Positions 34,687-45,761 of a stretch of 64,000 bases of DNA are shown here, in pieces. Within the stretch, counting starts at the first letter, position 1. Each line of letters starts with the position of its first letter. The stretch lies in NCBI RefSeq assembly GCF_055900595.2, contig NZ_CM148325.1, one strand, 5' to 3'. The notes beneath the pieces were generated by a model, which ran no database searches, had not been told where the DNA came from, and saw only the letters and a program-made list of their open reading frames with translations. Position numbers and translations under genes: made by a program.

Positions 34687-37284
34687 TTATTTTTTCCCTT
34701 CAACCCATTTGCCATCAACATAAAATGCTGACCAGCCAGTCGCCTTTCCGTCTTTTTCCGAAGAGACATATTGCTGTTTGGTTTTACGGCTAAAGCGAAC
34801 CATGGTCTTATTACCTTCCGGATCCTGCTGTGGCGCATCGGCCAGATAACGCAGTTTTTCCGGCAGACGGTCGCGGAAGCGATAAAGCTCTTCCACCAGT
34901 GGCGCACGTGTTTCACGCGATTTCGGGAAGGTATTGGCCGCCAGGAACACACCGGCAGCACCGTCACGCAGCACGAAATAAGCATCTGATTTTTCGCACG
35001 GCAGCTCCGGTAATGGCACCGGATCTTCCTTCGGTGGTGCCACTTCGCCGTTACGTAAAATCTTACGTGTGTTTTTACACTCTTCGTTAGTGCAGGCCAT
35101 GTATTTACCGAAACGCCCCATTTTCAGGTGCATTTCAGATCCACATTTTTCACACTCAACGATCGGGCCGTCATAACCCTTAATGCGGAATTCGCCCTCT
35201 TCGATCTCGTAACCGTCGCAGGTTGGGTTATTACCACAGACATGCAACTTACGTTTCGGATCGATGAGATAGCTGTCCATCGCCGTGCCGCATTTCGGGC
35301 AACGACGTTTTGCGCGCAGCGCGTTGGTTTCAGCGTCTTCACCTTCCAGCACGTTCAGCACTTCGTTTTCCGGCACCAGGTTGATGGTGGTTTTGCAACG
35401 CTCTTTCGGTGGCAGAGCGTAGCCGGAACAGCCAAGGAATACCCCGGTGCTCGCTGTGCGAATACCCATTTTGCGACCACAGGTCGGGCAGTCGATGCTG
35501 GTCAGAACCATCTGGTTCGGGCGCATACCCCCCTCTTCGGGATCTTTTTCAGCTTTATCTAACTGCTGGGTGAAATCCGAGAAGAAGTGATCCAGTACAG
35601 CTTTCCACTCTGCTTCGTGATTTGCCACCTGGTCGAGGCTGTTTTCCATCTGTGCGGTGAAGTCGTAGTTCATTAACTCACGGAAATTCTCTTCCAGGCG
35701 ATCGGTGACGATTTCGCCCATTTTTTCCGCATAGAAACGACGATTTTCTACTCGCACATAGCCACGATCCTGAATGGTCGAAATGATCGACGCGTAGGTA
35801 GACGGACGACCGATACCGCGTTTTTCCAGCTCTTTAACCAGCGATGCTTCACTGAAACGGGCTGGCGGCTTGGTAAAGTGCTGGGCTGGTGTCAGTTCAA
35901 CGAGCGTCAGAGCATCGCCTTTATCGACTGCCGGTAAGATACGATCTTCATCGCCTTTACGCAGCGCAGGCATCACTTTCGTCCAGCCATCAAAGCGCAA
36001 AATACGACCGCGTGCTTTCAGGCGGAAATCGCCCGCACCAACGGTCAGCGTCGTGGAGTCATATTTCGCTGGGGTCATCTGGCAGGCAACGAACTGACGC
36101 CAGATTAACTGGTACAGTTTCTGCGCATCTGCTTCCATATCCTTCAGCGATTCCGCCATCACATTGACGTCAGAAGGACGAATCGCTTCGTGCGCTTCCT
36201 GTGAGTTTTCTTTGCTGGCGTACTGATTCGGACTTTCCGGCAGATATTTCTTACCAAAATTATCGCTGATATAACCGCGAACCATATTTACTGCGTCCTG
36301 ACTCAGGTTGGTGGAGTCGGTACGCATGTAAGTGATATAGCCTGCTTCATACAAACGCTGCGCCATCATCATGGTTTTTTTCACGCCAAAACCAAGACGG
36401 GTGCTGGCAGCTTGTTGCAGCGTAGAGGTAATAAAAGGAGCGCCAGGTTTACTGGTTGTCGGTTTGTCTTCACGTTCCAGCACGCTGTAGCGCGCTTTTT
36501 CCAGCAGACTTACCGCAGCCTGAGTTTGTTCTTTGTTGACCGGGCGGAACGGTTTGTCGTTCTGATGAGTCACCTGCAACGCCAACGCATCACCAGATGG
36601 CGTGGTCGTGCTGGCATCGACTTCCCAGAACTCTTCCGGTACGAACGCTTTAATTTCACGCTCACGCTCGACCACCAGGCGGACCGCCACCGACTGCACA
36701 CGACCTGCAGACAGACCACGAGCGATCTTTTTCCACAGCAGCGGCGAAACCATATATCCCACCACGCGGTCCATAAAACGACGCGCCTGCTGGGCATTAA
36801 CACGATCAATATTCAGCTCACCCGGTTTGTTAAATGCCTGGCGGATCGCGTTTTTAGTAATTTCGTTAAACACCACTCGGCTATAGCGCGCATCATCACC
36901 ACCAATCACTTCCCGCAGGTGCCATGCAATGGCTTCCCCTTCGCGGTCAAGGTCGGTTGCGAGATAGATGTGGTCGGCTTTTTCAGCCAGTTGTTTCAGT
37001 TCAGAGACGACCTTCTCTTTACCAGGCAACACTTCATAGTGCGCCTCCCAATTGTGCCACGGGTCAACCCCCATACGGTTGACGAGAGCGCCACGTTCAT
37101 CCTTTTTAGGCTTTTTAGCCGTCTTGGTGGAGGTAGAGTCGGCACTCTTTTTGGCAGCTGAGCCACTGGTCGGCAAATCGCGGATGTGACCGACGCTGGA
37201 TTTCACCACGTAGTCACTACCCAGATACTTGTTGATCGTTTTGGCTTTTGCCGGGGACTCAACGATGACAAGAGCTTTACCCAT
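34687..37284 (-). CDS. topA: DNA topoisomerase I
   Basis: ORF trimmed to [22 protein letters not shown]..., 865 aa; TOPRIM and C-terminal zinc-ribbon repeats. Confidence 0.95.
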   Translation of the reverse strand: MGKALVIVESPAKAKTINKYLGSDYVVKSSVGHIRDLPTSGSAAKKSADSTSTKTAKKPKKDERGALVNRMGVDPWHNWEAHYEVLPGKEKVVSELKQLAEKADHIYLATDLDREGEAIAWHLREVIGGDDARYSRVVFNEITKNAIRQAFNKPGELNIDRVNAQQARRFMDRVVGYMVSPLLWKKIARGLSAGRVQSVAVRLVVEREREIKAFVPEEFWEVDASTTTPSGDALALQVTHQNDKPFRPVNKEQTQAAVSLLEKARYSVLEREDKPTTSKPGAPFITSTLQQAASTRLGFGVKKTMMMAQRLYEAGYITYMRTDSTNLSQDAVNMVRGYISDNFGKKYLPESPNQYASKENSQEAHEAIRPSDVNVMAESLKDMEADAQKLYQLIWRQFVACQMTPAKYDSTTLTVGAGDFRLKARGRILRFDGWTKVMPALRKGDEDRILPAVDKGDALTLVELTPAQHFTKPPARFSEASLVKELEKRGIGRPSTYASIISTIQDRGYVRVENRRFYAEKMGEIVTDRLEENFRELMNYDFTAQMENSLDQVANHEAEWKAVLDHFFSDFTQQLDKAEKDPEEGGMRPNQMVLTSIDCPTCGRKMGIRTASTGVFLGCSGYALPPKERCKTTINLVPENEVLNVLEGEDAETNALRAKRRCPKCGTAMDSYLIDPKRKLHVCGNNPTCDGYEIEEGEFRIKGYDGPIVECEKCGSEMHLKMGRFGKYMACTNEECKNTRKILRNGEVAPPKEDPVPLPELPCEKSDAYFVLRDGAAGVFLAANTFPKSRETRAPLVEELYRFRDRLPEKLRYLADAPQQDPEGNKTMVRFSRKTKQQYVSSEKDGKATGWSAFYVDGKWVEGKK

Positions 37285-37663
37285 ATTCACCTTACCTAAT
37301 TTGATTCTTCCAGGAATGCGTCGCACGTTGATAAACCTTCCACTGGCAACGAGTTACCGATATGGACTCGTTCTCTGCGGATATCAACCCCTTGTCGTGA
37401 CTCTGTTCACGAAAATTCAGGTGACTGAGTTAACAGGTCTTGGCCTACAGGCGCTATAGCACGACGGAATTTTGGTCGAATGTCAAGCAAATCTATTGCC
37501 AGATTGACGAAAGCGTCACACTGTACCTGATAAAATCCGATACGCAACTTTATTAGCATGCAAAATCCAAAGTTGCCAGTAAGGCGCTCTTGCCACCAGC
37601 GTGGTATATTTGTCTGCAAGCCATGCCTGGCGTAGACTAATGTCCTTGTTTAAGGAGTAAATA

Positions 37664-37915
37664 ATGAACAAAGAGACACAACCCATCGACCGCGAAACGC
37701 TGTTGAAAGAGGCCAATAAAATCATTCGTGAGCATGAGGATACGCTCGCAGGGATTGAAGCCACCGGCGTCTCGCAGCGTAATGGCGTGCTGGTCTTTAC
37801 CGGCGACTACTTTTTAGATGAACAAGGATTGCCAACAGCCAAAAGCACCGCGGTGTTTAATATGTTCAAACACCTGGCCCATGTGCTTTCAGAAAAATAT
37901 CACCTGGTTGATTAA
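37664..37915 (+). CDS. yciN: small conserved protein YciN
   Basis: 83-aa ORF in the conserved position between topA and sohB. Confidence 0.8.
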   Translation: MNKETQPIDRETLLKEANKIIREHEDTLAGIEATGVSQRNGVLVFTGDYFLDEQGLPTAKSTAVFNMFKHLAHVLSEKYHLVD

Positions 37916-37950
37916 AGCAAAACGCGAGGTCTTACCCTCGCGTTTGTCTT

Positions 37951-39000
37951 TTACATCAATGGCTTTTGCCCCCGCTGCCACCAGCGTAGCAACAATCGAT
38001 CGGCGCTCTCTGCCGCGCTGCCGGTGAATCGGTCAATGAGTCTTTTACGCTGCATATAGCGTACATTGACCACTTCACGGCCTTCCATCAGGCTAAGAAT
38101 AACTTCATCACTGGTGTTGATTTCATCAACCAGGCCTTTCTCTACCGCCTGTTGTCCGTACCAGTGTTCACCCGTTGCCACCTGTTCAATATCCAGAGAC
38201 GGACGCATACGCTTCACAAAATCTTTAAATAACTGATGCGTTTCGTTCAGCTCTTCGCGGAATTTCTCCCGCCCTTCTTCGGTGTTTTCACCCAGCAAGG
38301 TCAGCGTGCGCTTATACTGCCCGGCGGTGTGCAGTTCGATATCAATATCTTTGCTTTTCAGGAAGCGGTTAAAGTTGGGCATTTGCGCCACCACCCCAAT
38401 GGAACCCACAATAGCAAACGGTGCGGAAACAATTTTGTCCGCCACACAGGCCATCATGTAACCGCCGCTGGCAGCAACTTTGTCTACCGTAACAGTTAAA
38501 GGAATGTTTTTATCACGCAGACGCTGCAGCTGCGAAGCCGCCAGCCCGTAACCATGCACCATGCCACCAGGGCTTTCCAGACGTAGCACAACCTGATCCT
38601 GCGGTTTAAATGCTGCGAGTACCGCCGTTATCTCTTCACGTAGCGAGTTCACTTCATGGGCGTCCATGCTGCCTTTAAAATCCAGCACCCAGACGCGAGG
38701 TTTACTGTCAGTTGCCACCTCGCCCAGTTTGGCTTTCGCTTTTGCGGCTTTCGCTTCTTGCTTGTGCTTTTTCTTCTGCGCTTTATGCCACTGTTTTTGC
38801 TGATGAGTGTCCATCAGCGCCGCGGCCAGTTCTTCTTTCATCTCCTTATACTGTTCGCTGAGATTGTTGACCCGTAATTCGCCACGCTGGCGTTTATTAC
38901 GTTGAGCAACATTGACAATAATGGCGGCAATCGCCGCAATCGCTAGCACAACGGTAACGATTTTCGCCAAAAACAAACCATATTCAGACAACAATTCCAC
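37951..39000 (-). CDS. sohB: inner-membrane peptidase SohB (S49 family)
   Basis: 349 aa; ClpP/SppA-like S49 translation. Confidence 0.9.
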   Translation of the reverse strand: MELLSEYGLFLAKIVTVVLAIAAIAAIIVNVAQRNKRQRGELRVNNLSEQYKEMKEELAAALMDTHQQKQWHKAQKKKHKQEAKAAKAKAKLGEVATDSKPRVWVLDFKGSMDAHEVNSLREEITAVLAAFKPQDQVVLRLESPGGMVHGYGLAASQLQRLRDKNIPLTVTVDKVAASGGYMMACVADKIVSAPFAIVGSIGVVAQMPNFNRFLKSKDIDIELHTAGQYKRTLTLLGENTEEGREKFREELNETHQLFKDFVKRMRPSLDIEQVATGEHWYGQQAVEKGLVDEINTSDEVILSLMEGREVVNVRYMQRKRLIDRFTGSAAESADRLLLRWWQRGQKPLM

Positions 39001-39219
39001 GAGTCCCCACCTTGGTTAAACAACGCTTTGGCTCACAGTTTACAACAGGCATGTTAAGCCGTCTCGCAGAGATGTTATTGCAGCGAAAGTATGACAAAGT
39101 ATCCATTTTGCGGTGTTATCGCCCCAGGCTGATTGAAATGCCCTTCTGTTTCAGGCATAAAGCCCCAAAGTCTTAAAGTACACTGGCAGCGCGACAGACA
39201 ACGTCGTTGAGGAGTAGCC

Positions 39220-39978
39220 ATGCATTACCAGCCAAAACAAGATTTACTCAATGATCGCATTATCCTGGTGACGGGAGCCAGCAATGGTATTGGTCGTGAA
39301 GCCGCGATGACGTATGCACGCTATGGTGCGACAGTGATTCTGTTGGGCCGTAATGAAGAAAAATTACGTCAGGTAGCCAGCCACATAAACGAAGAAACTG
39401 GGCGTCAGCCACAGTGGTTTATTCTCGATTTGCTGACCTGCACGTCCGAAGATTGCCAACAACTGGCACAGCGCATTGCCGTTAATTATCCGCGTCTGGA
39501 TGGTGTTTTGCATAATGCCGGATTGCTCGGCGATGTTTGCCCAATGAGCGAACAAAATCCGCAGGTCTGGCAGGACGTCATGCAGGTCAACGTTAATGCC
39601 ACCTTTATGCTCACCCAGGCACTGCTTCCTTTATTACTCAAATCGGACGCCGGTTCACTGGTCTTTACTTCATCAAGCGTTGGACGTCAGGGGCGTGCAA
39701 ACTGGGGCGCTTATGCAGCGTCGAAATTTGCCACCGAAGGGATGATGCAGGTACTGGCCGATGAATATCAGCAGCGCCTGCGCGTCAACTGCATTAACCC
39801 AGGTGGTACGCGCACCGCAATGCGCGCAAGCGCCTTCCCGACCGAAGATCCACAGAAACTTAAAACACCCGCTGATATCATGCCGCTCTACCTCTGGCTG
39901 ATGGGCGATGACAGCCGCCGTAAAACCGGCATGACCTTTGACGCCCAACCGGGCCGTAAACCAGGAATATCCCAATGA
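39220..39978 (+). CDS. yciK: short-chain dehydrogenase/reductase
   Basis: 252 aa; Rossmann motif TGASNGIG. Confidence 0.88.
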   Translation: MHYQPKQDLLNDRIILVTGASNGIGREAAMTYARYGATVILLGRNEEKLRQVASHINEETGRQPQWFILDLLTCTSEDCQQLAQRIAVNYPRLDGVLHNAGLLGDVCPMSEQNPQVWQDVMQVNVNATFMLTQALLPLLLKSDAGSLVFTSSSVGRQGRANWGAYAASKFATEGMMQVLADEYQQRLRVNCINPGGTRTAMRASAFPTEDPQKLKTPADIMPLYLWLMGDDSRRKTGMTFDAQPGRKPGISQ

Positions 39979-40565
39979 GTGATGAACGCTACCAACAGCG
40001 TCAGCAGCGTGTAAAAGATAAAGTGGATGCCCGTGTGGCCCAGGCCCAGGATGAACGCGGTATTATCATCGTCTTTACCGGCAATGGAAAAGGCAAAACC
40101 ACCGCAGCATTTGGTACGGCAACACGCGCAGTTGGTCACGGAAAAAAAGTGGGCGTCGTGCAGTTTATTAAAGGCACCTGGCCTAATGGCGAACGAAATC
40201 TGCTGGAACCACACGGCGTTGAATTTCAGGTGATGGCAACGGGCTTTACCTGGGATACGCAAAACCGCGAATCTGATACCGCGGCCTGCCGTGAAGTCTG
40301 GCAACATGCCAAACGAATGCTGGCCGATCCTTCACTGGATATGGTTTTGCTCGATGAGCTGACTTATATGGTGGCGTATGACTATTTGCCACTGGAAGAA
40401 GTGGTGCAGGCGTTAAATGAACGTCCACATCAACAGACGGTGATTATCACGGGTCGTGGTTGTCATCGGGATATTCTTGAACTGGCGGATACGGTAAGTG
40501 AATTACGCCCCGTCAAACATGCGTTTGATGCCGGTGTTAAGGCGCAAATCGGGATTGATTATTAA
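39975..40565 (+). CDS. btuR: cob(I)yrinic acid a,c-diamide adenosyltransferase
   Basis: 196 aa; P-loop GNGKGKTTAAFG; 4-bp overlap with yciK. Confidence 0.9.
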   Translation: MSDERYQQRQQRVKDKVDARVAQAQDERGIIIVFTGNGKGKTTAAFGTATRAVGHGKKVGVVQFIKGTWPNGERNLLEPHGVEFQVMATGFTWDTQNRESDTAACREVWQHAKRMLADPSLDMVLLDELTYMVAYDYLPLEEVVQALNERPHQQTVIITGRGCHRDILELADTVSELRPVKHAFDAGVKAQIGIDY

Positions 40566-40570
40566 GGGAA

Positions 40571-40601
40571 AGCACCTCAAAAGTTCGCCTCTTGAGGTGC
40601 T
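40571..40601. terminator. bidirectional hairpin between btuR and the three-gene islet
   Basis: agcacctcaa / ttgaggtgct 10-bp inverted repeat followed by aatttta. Confidence 0.6.
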
Positions 40602-40621
40602 AATTTTAGATACTGAATGGC

Positions 40622-40930
40622 TTAATTAGCCACGGCAAAATTAAGAAGAGCTTGAATTTTATTCAAGTGTGCGGGATATTCCATGTCATTATCCGCATTG
40701 ACGTCTTCAATAAACAGTATTAATTCAGTGATCAAATCATTAGCATCTTCATAACTAATACCAGTCAGTTCTGGTGACGTTTGCGAGCCATAATTAATTG
40801 TCAGATTATTCATTACCGACAAAACCAGAATAAAATATTTGTGACATATATCGCAAGTTGTTCGGTTTCCTAAGGCATAGTACAGCATATTGAGCAATGC
40901 CAGTATTCGTCGATTTTGCACATCGTTCAT
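40622..40930 (-). CDS. hypothetical small protein (102 aa), third gene of a low-GC islet operon
   Basis: Intact ORF 9 bp downstream of the preceding gene; no recognisable family; AT-rich codon usage unlike the flanks. Confidence 0.5.
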   Translation of the reverse strand: MNDVQNRRILALLNMLYYALGNRTTCDICHKYFILVLSVMNNLTINYGSQTSPELTGISYEDANDLITELILFIEDVNADNDMEYPAHLNKIQALLNFAVAN

Positions 40931-40939
40931 AATGACCTC

Positions 40940-41296
40940 CTATAACATAACTCCGCTGGCAATAAGAAGTTTTGCCAGCTCCTCTGACGCCTGTAGACCA
41001 CTAATAAATTGAGAACGCAGGATCTCATTCCTACGCTCTAAATCCGCTTTAGAAAGAGATTTATTAGAGTATAAATCTTGTAGATGATTTCCTTTATCCA
41101 TGAAGGCATTAATAGCTTGTATTGCTGGAGCCGCCGGATCAGATGAACGCAATCTGCTTTCATTAAGATTAATTACTGCACTCAAAAATTCCTGTCTACT
41201 CTTTAATGTTTTAAATTCTATGTTTTTAGTATTTGCTCGGGCCTTATTATAGTAATAAAAATTATTGCTGATGTTCGCAAAATTATTCCAATCCAT
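40940..41296 (-). CDS. hypothetical small protein (118 aa), second gene of the islet operon
   Basis: Intact ORF 17 bp downstream of the lipoprotein gene; hydrophilic; no recognisable family. Confidence 0.5.
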   Translation of the reverse strand: MDWNNFANISNNFYYYNKARANTKNIEFKTLKSRQEFLSAVINLNESRLRSSDPAAPAIQAINAFMDKGNHLQDLYSNKSLSKADLERRNEILRSQFISGLQASEELAKLLIASGVML

Positions 41297-41313
41297 TTGC
41301 TGCTGTTTCGTTG

Positions 41314-41961
41314 CTATATCATCGAGTAAATCTTGTAAATTTCTTTGAAGTCGTGGCCAGTACTACCTACCGTTTTACCAACATTTTCTGATTTAATCTT
41401 CTCTTTATATAATCCATTGAAATATTGAACTAAATCTTTAACAGCTACAGCTGACTTAGTCAGTTCTTCACCTTCTGAAAGGCCAAGTAGTTTTTGGGCG
41501 TTGTTTGCATGATCGAGCGCCTGATTAAGTAATATAATTTGTTTACTATCGTCAACATCCATATCCACCGTCAACAACTCCACATAGGAGCTCATACTGT
41601 TAACGACCTCAAGTGAAGCCAGTAGCTTTTGTTTTTCTGTGGTTGCCAATTGAACTTTAGTAACGTCTTTATACGATGTTTTGTCCCCTTTCTCTGATTG
41701 CATACATAAGGACTCTTTATTAGTATTATTTTCCATAATCGTTTCATAATCAGGTCGCAATGCACAATCCGGATTAGCCGCATAAAAATTAACAAGGAAG
41801 TTTTCACGAGAAGCATAGTATTGTTTAAAGAAACTTGCATTCGCCGCAACCGCCTTGTTACCCGCAGTAATAACAGTTTCAGCTTGTTCATTTTTCAATG
41901 TTTCAGTTGCACAACCTGAAAGCATTAACAGCGATAGAAATAATCCACTATATCTAATCAT
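41314..41961 (-). CDS. hypothetical lipoprotein (215 aa), first gene of the islet operon
   Basis: Signal peptide with lipobox LSGC (MIRYSGLFLSLLMLSGCATE); AGGTGG RBS upstream of the ATG; low GC. Confidence 0.55.
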   Translation of the reverse strand: MIRYSGLFLSLLMLSGCATETLKNEQAETVITAGNKAVAANASFFKQYYASRENFLVNFYAANPDCALRPDYETIMENNTNKESLCMQSEKGDKTSYKDVTKVQLATTEKQKLLASLEVVNSMSSYVELLTVDMDVDDSKQIILLNQALDHANNAQKLLGLSEGEELTKSAVAVKDLVQYFNGLYKEKIKSENVGKTVGSTGHDFKEIYKIYSMI

Positions 41962-42089
41962 AACCCACCTCTTGACGTTGAGTTTATCTCAGATAATTAA
42001 ATAGTAATGTGGCTATTCCCTGGCATTATTCATAAGCAAGTATGAAATTAAATTAAAATACTGCGACTATTTATCATGCTTCAAATGAA

Positions 42090-42109
42090 GAAAAGGCCCC
42101 GCAGGGCCT
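42090..42109 (-). terminator. rho-independent terminator after rluB
   Basis: minus-strand hairpin aggccctgcggggcct followed by a T-rich tract. Confidence 0.55.
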
Positions 42110-42130
42110 TTATTTAATACTTAACTTAAA

Positions 42131-43006
42131 TTAACCGTTATTATTACGTCCACCAGAACGACGACCGCCGCTGACCTGGCTGTGACGTTTCACCGCACGA
42201 CGAATTTGATTCGCCTTCATACGACGACGGTCTTTTTCTACAGCAACTTTAGAGCTGGTTTCTGGCGGTAGTTCCACCAGCTCACGCAGATAGTTAGTCT
42301 GGGCAAGATCCAGCTCAGTCCAGCCACCGCGTGGCAGACCTTTCGGCAGTGGGATATCACCGTAACGCACGCGGATCAGACGGCTCACCTGCACACCAAC
42401 AGCTTCCCAAAGACGACGAACTTCACGGTTACGGCCTTCGGTCAGAGTAACGTTGTACCACTGGTTGATCCCTTCGCCGCCGCTGAACTTAATGGTTTTA
42501 AAGGCTGCCGGACCATCTTCCAGCTGCACGCCACGACTCAAATCACGCAGTTTCGCGTCGTCAACCTGACCAAATACACGCACGGCATATTCACGTTCAA
42601 CTTCACGGCTTGGGTGCATTAAACGGTTTGCCAGCTCACCGTCGGTGGTGAACAGCAGCAGACCACAGGTGTTAACGTCCAGACGACCTACGGCAATCCA
42701 GCGTGCGCCACGCAGCTTTGGCAGACGGTCAAATACCGTTGGACGCCCTTCCGGATCGTTACGGGTACACAACTCACCTTCCGGTTTGTAATAGGCCAGA
42801 ACGCGACAAATTTGTTCAGCGGACTCACGTACCGAAATCAGGTGACCATCGATACGGATTTTCAATCCAGGGGTAATTTCAACACGATCGCCGAGTTTAG
42901 CAATTTTGCCATCAACACTCACACGACCGGCTTCAATAATAGATTCGATTTCACGGCGAGAACCGTGGCCGGCACGCGCCAGCACTTTCTGTAGCTTTTC
43001 GCTCAT
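42131..43006 (-). CDS. rluB: 23S rRNA pseudouridine synthase
   Basis: 291 aa; S4 domain plus RsuA-family catalytic domain and basic C-terminal tail. Confidence 0.92.
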   Translation of the reverse strand: MSEKLQKVLARAGHGSRREIESIIEAGRVSVDGKIAKLGDRVEITPGLKIRIDGHLISVRESAEQICRVLAYYKPEGELCTRNDPEGRPTVFDRLPKLRGARWIAVGRLDVNTCGLLLFTTDGELANRLMHPSREVEREYAVRVFGQVDDAKLRDLSRGVQLEDGPAAFKTIKFSGGEGINQWYNVTLTEGRNREVRRLWEAVGVQVSRLIRVRYGDIPLPKGLPRGGWTELDLAQTNYLRELVELPPETSSKVAVEKDRRRMKANQIRRAVKRHSQVSGGRRSGGRNNNG

Positions 43007-43218
43007 AGAGCTTCCTTTTGGTGTCGCCTTCCCAGGCGTCTGATATGCTTTTGTGCAACAATGAGTCAGAACTTACATCTGACTCACTGATAGTAAAGTC
43101 TGTTTGAACTCTCCTGGCCTTAAGTAAACGACTCGACGTTTTAACTGGCCTGGCTTTGAGGCGCAACATACTACACTATCTTTATGGTTAAAGCTTGTTT
43201 CGATTAACATAAGCTTTA

Positions 43219-45113
43219 TTACCAGCCACCACCGCCTCCGCCACCCGCACCGCCGCCAGCACCACCACCGGAATAGCTTCGCCCCAACAAACTGGTATTG
43301 GCCCCCAGACTCAGGTGCATCTGTAATGAAAACAAAACGCCACTACGGGCAATTTCCGGGGCGTGAACAGCCGCTGTGAGTGACGGCGTGATACGTGCTG
43401 CCCATTCTTTTCCAAGGTTTGCCGAGACTGCCCAACCTAGCAACGCGTAATCCAGTTTCCGTGTTTCCCCTTTCCGCCGACGCCCACTGTGTGTTGCTGC
43501 CTCTTTACGCGCAAGATAGTTAACGATAGCTTCACCGTGGGCATAACGTTGCTGCCCAGTTTGGGTAAACTTTGGCAGAAAAATATACCCCATGCCAGTG
43601 AGATAACCGGTCAGGAAAACAGCGCTAAAATAACCCGCAGGCATATACCAGTAAAAGAATACATCTCCGACATTGATGTAGAGAGAGTAAAAAGCCACAC
43701 CTGAACAAATCAGTGGTAAAAACAAAGTGATGATTACACGATTAACGCAAGGCTTGTCATCATCGCGTGCAAACAAAAGATCAAGGGAACAAAATAAAAA
43801 AGGAAGAAGCCAGCAGATCATAATAAACATATCGCCTACCAGACTCATTCCTGCCCAGCCTACGGGACTCAGGTTACCGTAGAGAATGACCGCCAATATT
43901 GCCATTCCGCCCCATTGCAAAAACGCATCAGGTCGGTAAAACGAAGACTTTTTACGCGGCAGATAAAATTTCTGCATCCGTAAAAATGCCCTGCGTAAGA
44001 CTCTGTTACGCCCCCCGTAAGAACGACCTTGTCGCCTTTACGAAATAACGTTTCCAGTAATATCTGCTCTGCGGGCAGTAATACCGCATTATTCCTGGTC
44101 GCACCTTCATTAACACGGATCAGGGTTTGCTGATTTTTGTCATACTGATCTTCCAGATGAATTTTTCCTTTCACAATCAGATTTACGATATCGGCACAAA
44201 AACCTTTATCGTCGTAAACCAGCTTCGCATCGAGACGTAACATTCCGGGCGTGTAATCTGGCGGAATGACATCGGTTTCAATCACATCTACCGGCGTAAA
44301 TTGCGGCCTGCGCTTCCAGAGATATAACCATCCACACGCCAGGAACAGACACGGAAACCAAATTAACAACGATGACGTAGAGGGTAAAAGAAGATGGCTG
44401 AAAATATTCGTCGTTTGTGGTGCCGGGGCATTACCAAGTAAAGCGTGAGGCCAGCGGTAGAGGACCGTGAAATCTTCACGATAAAACGGATCGCGGGATT
44501 CAATTCTTCCGTCCTCAAGGATGCGGCCATTTCGATATGTGTCGCCCTCTTCTCCGGTAAAGAGATCGATTTCGCTAAATGGATTACCCGCAATTTTAGA
44601 GAACTGGAGAGAAAATCGGGTCTTATAAATTTCAAACGGCCAGTTGTTACCGGTCACGTTCCAGATTAGCAGATCAGAATCCCCCTCACGCAGGAAAGCA
44701 TTTTTAACCTGATAATGAATTTGATAATGATAGTCGCCCTGAGGCAAGAAACGTTGTTTATCGCCCACGACAATGCTCATTAACCCGATATGCCAGTCAA
44801 GATGCCAGGGTTCAGGAACGCCGTCACGGGTGACGCCAACAATACGATAGTTCAGCACTGCTGCGTCCCCATCAGGCTGCATCCAGAGTCGTGGTAAATC
44901 ACGATAAAATCCGTGCTTAATCTGCTGATTTCGCGCCTGAAAATGAATGTTCTCTTTGATGTCGAGCACCCCATCCAGTTGCAGGGTGGCTTCAACATCA
45001 AAGAGCGAGATCCCTTCTTCATAAAAAGGGATCTCCGTGTTTTTCGCATAACTCAACGAAGAGAAAAAAAGCCCAACTATCAACAGCAAAATGCAGCGAA
45101 ACTTCCCTGCCAT
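43219..45113 (-). pseudogene. yciQ: yciQ-like membrane protein gene, frameshifted (or sequencing error)
   Basis: Two overlapping minus-strand ORFs (414 aa, 43869..45113, and 252 aa, 43219..43977) span 1895 nt, one base short of the 1896 nt needed for the 631-aa K-12 product I recall; a C6 homopolymer at 44011-44016 lies just upstream of the shift interval (43869..43977). Confidence 0.6.
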
Positions 45114-45140
45114 AGTCTTCCATCCGTGGAACGCAATTTG

Positions 45141-45761
45141 TTATAAGAAAGGCTTTACATCACCTACGCCTTCACGTATCACGACTGGCGTATCATCGGT
45201 AAGATCGATAACTGTTGTCGGTTTCTGTCCGAGATAGCCACCGTGAATAATCAAATCCACCTGTTTTTCCAGACGGTCTTTAATCTCTTCCGGATCAGAT
45301 TCGGTAAATTCGCTGCCCGGCAGCATCAGTGATGTGGAAAGCATCGGTTCGCCCAATGCTTCAAGCAACGCCTGCGCAATCGGGTTAGAAGGCACACGCA
45401 TACCGATGGTTTTGCGTTTTTCCTGTAGCAGACGGCGCGGCACTTCTTTCGTCCCTTTCAGAATGAAGGTGTAGTTACCCGGCGTGTTGTTTTTCATCAA
45501 ACGAAACGCAACGTTATCGACAAATGAATAGGTCGAGAGTTCAGAAAGATCGCGACACATCAGGGTAAAGTTGTGACCGTCCGGCAGCTGGCGAATACGA
45601 CAAATACGCTCCATGGCGTTTTTATCTTCAATTTTACAGCCGAGCGCATAGCCGGAATCAGTTGGATAAACAATCACCCCGCCTTTACGCACGATCTCCA
45701 CCGCCTGGTTGATCAGACGTTGCTGCGGGTTATCAGGATGAATATAAAAAAACTGGCTCAT
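45141..45761 (-). CDS. yciO: Sua5/YciO/YrdC-family dsRNA-binding protein
   Basis: ORF trimmed to MSQFFYIHPDNPQQRL..., 206 aa. Confidence 0.88.
   Translation of the reverse strand: MSQFFYIHPDNPQQRLINQAVEIVRKGGVIVYPTDSGYALGCKIEDKNAMERICRIRQLPDGHNFTLMCRDLSELSTYSFVDNVAFRLMKNNTPGNYTFILKGTKEVPRRLLQEKRKTIGMRVPSNPIAQALLEALGEPMLSTSLMLPGSEFTESDPEEIKDRLEKQVDLIIHGGYLGQKPTTVIDLTDDTPVVIREGVGDVKPFL

Noticed and set aside
36412-37161. 249-aa plus-strand ORF inside topA
   Set aside because: Entirely antisense to the well-supported topA coding region; no RBS and an arginine-rich, low-complexity translation typical of a shadow ORF.
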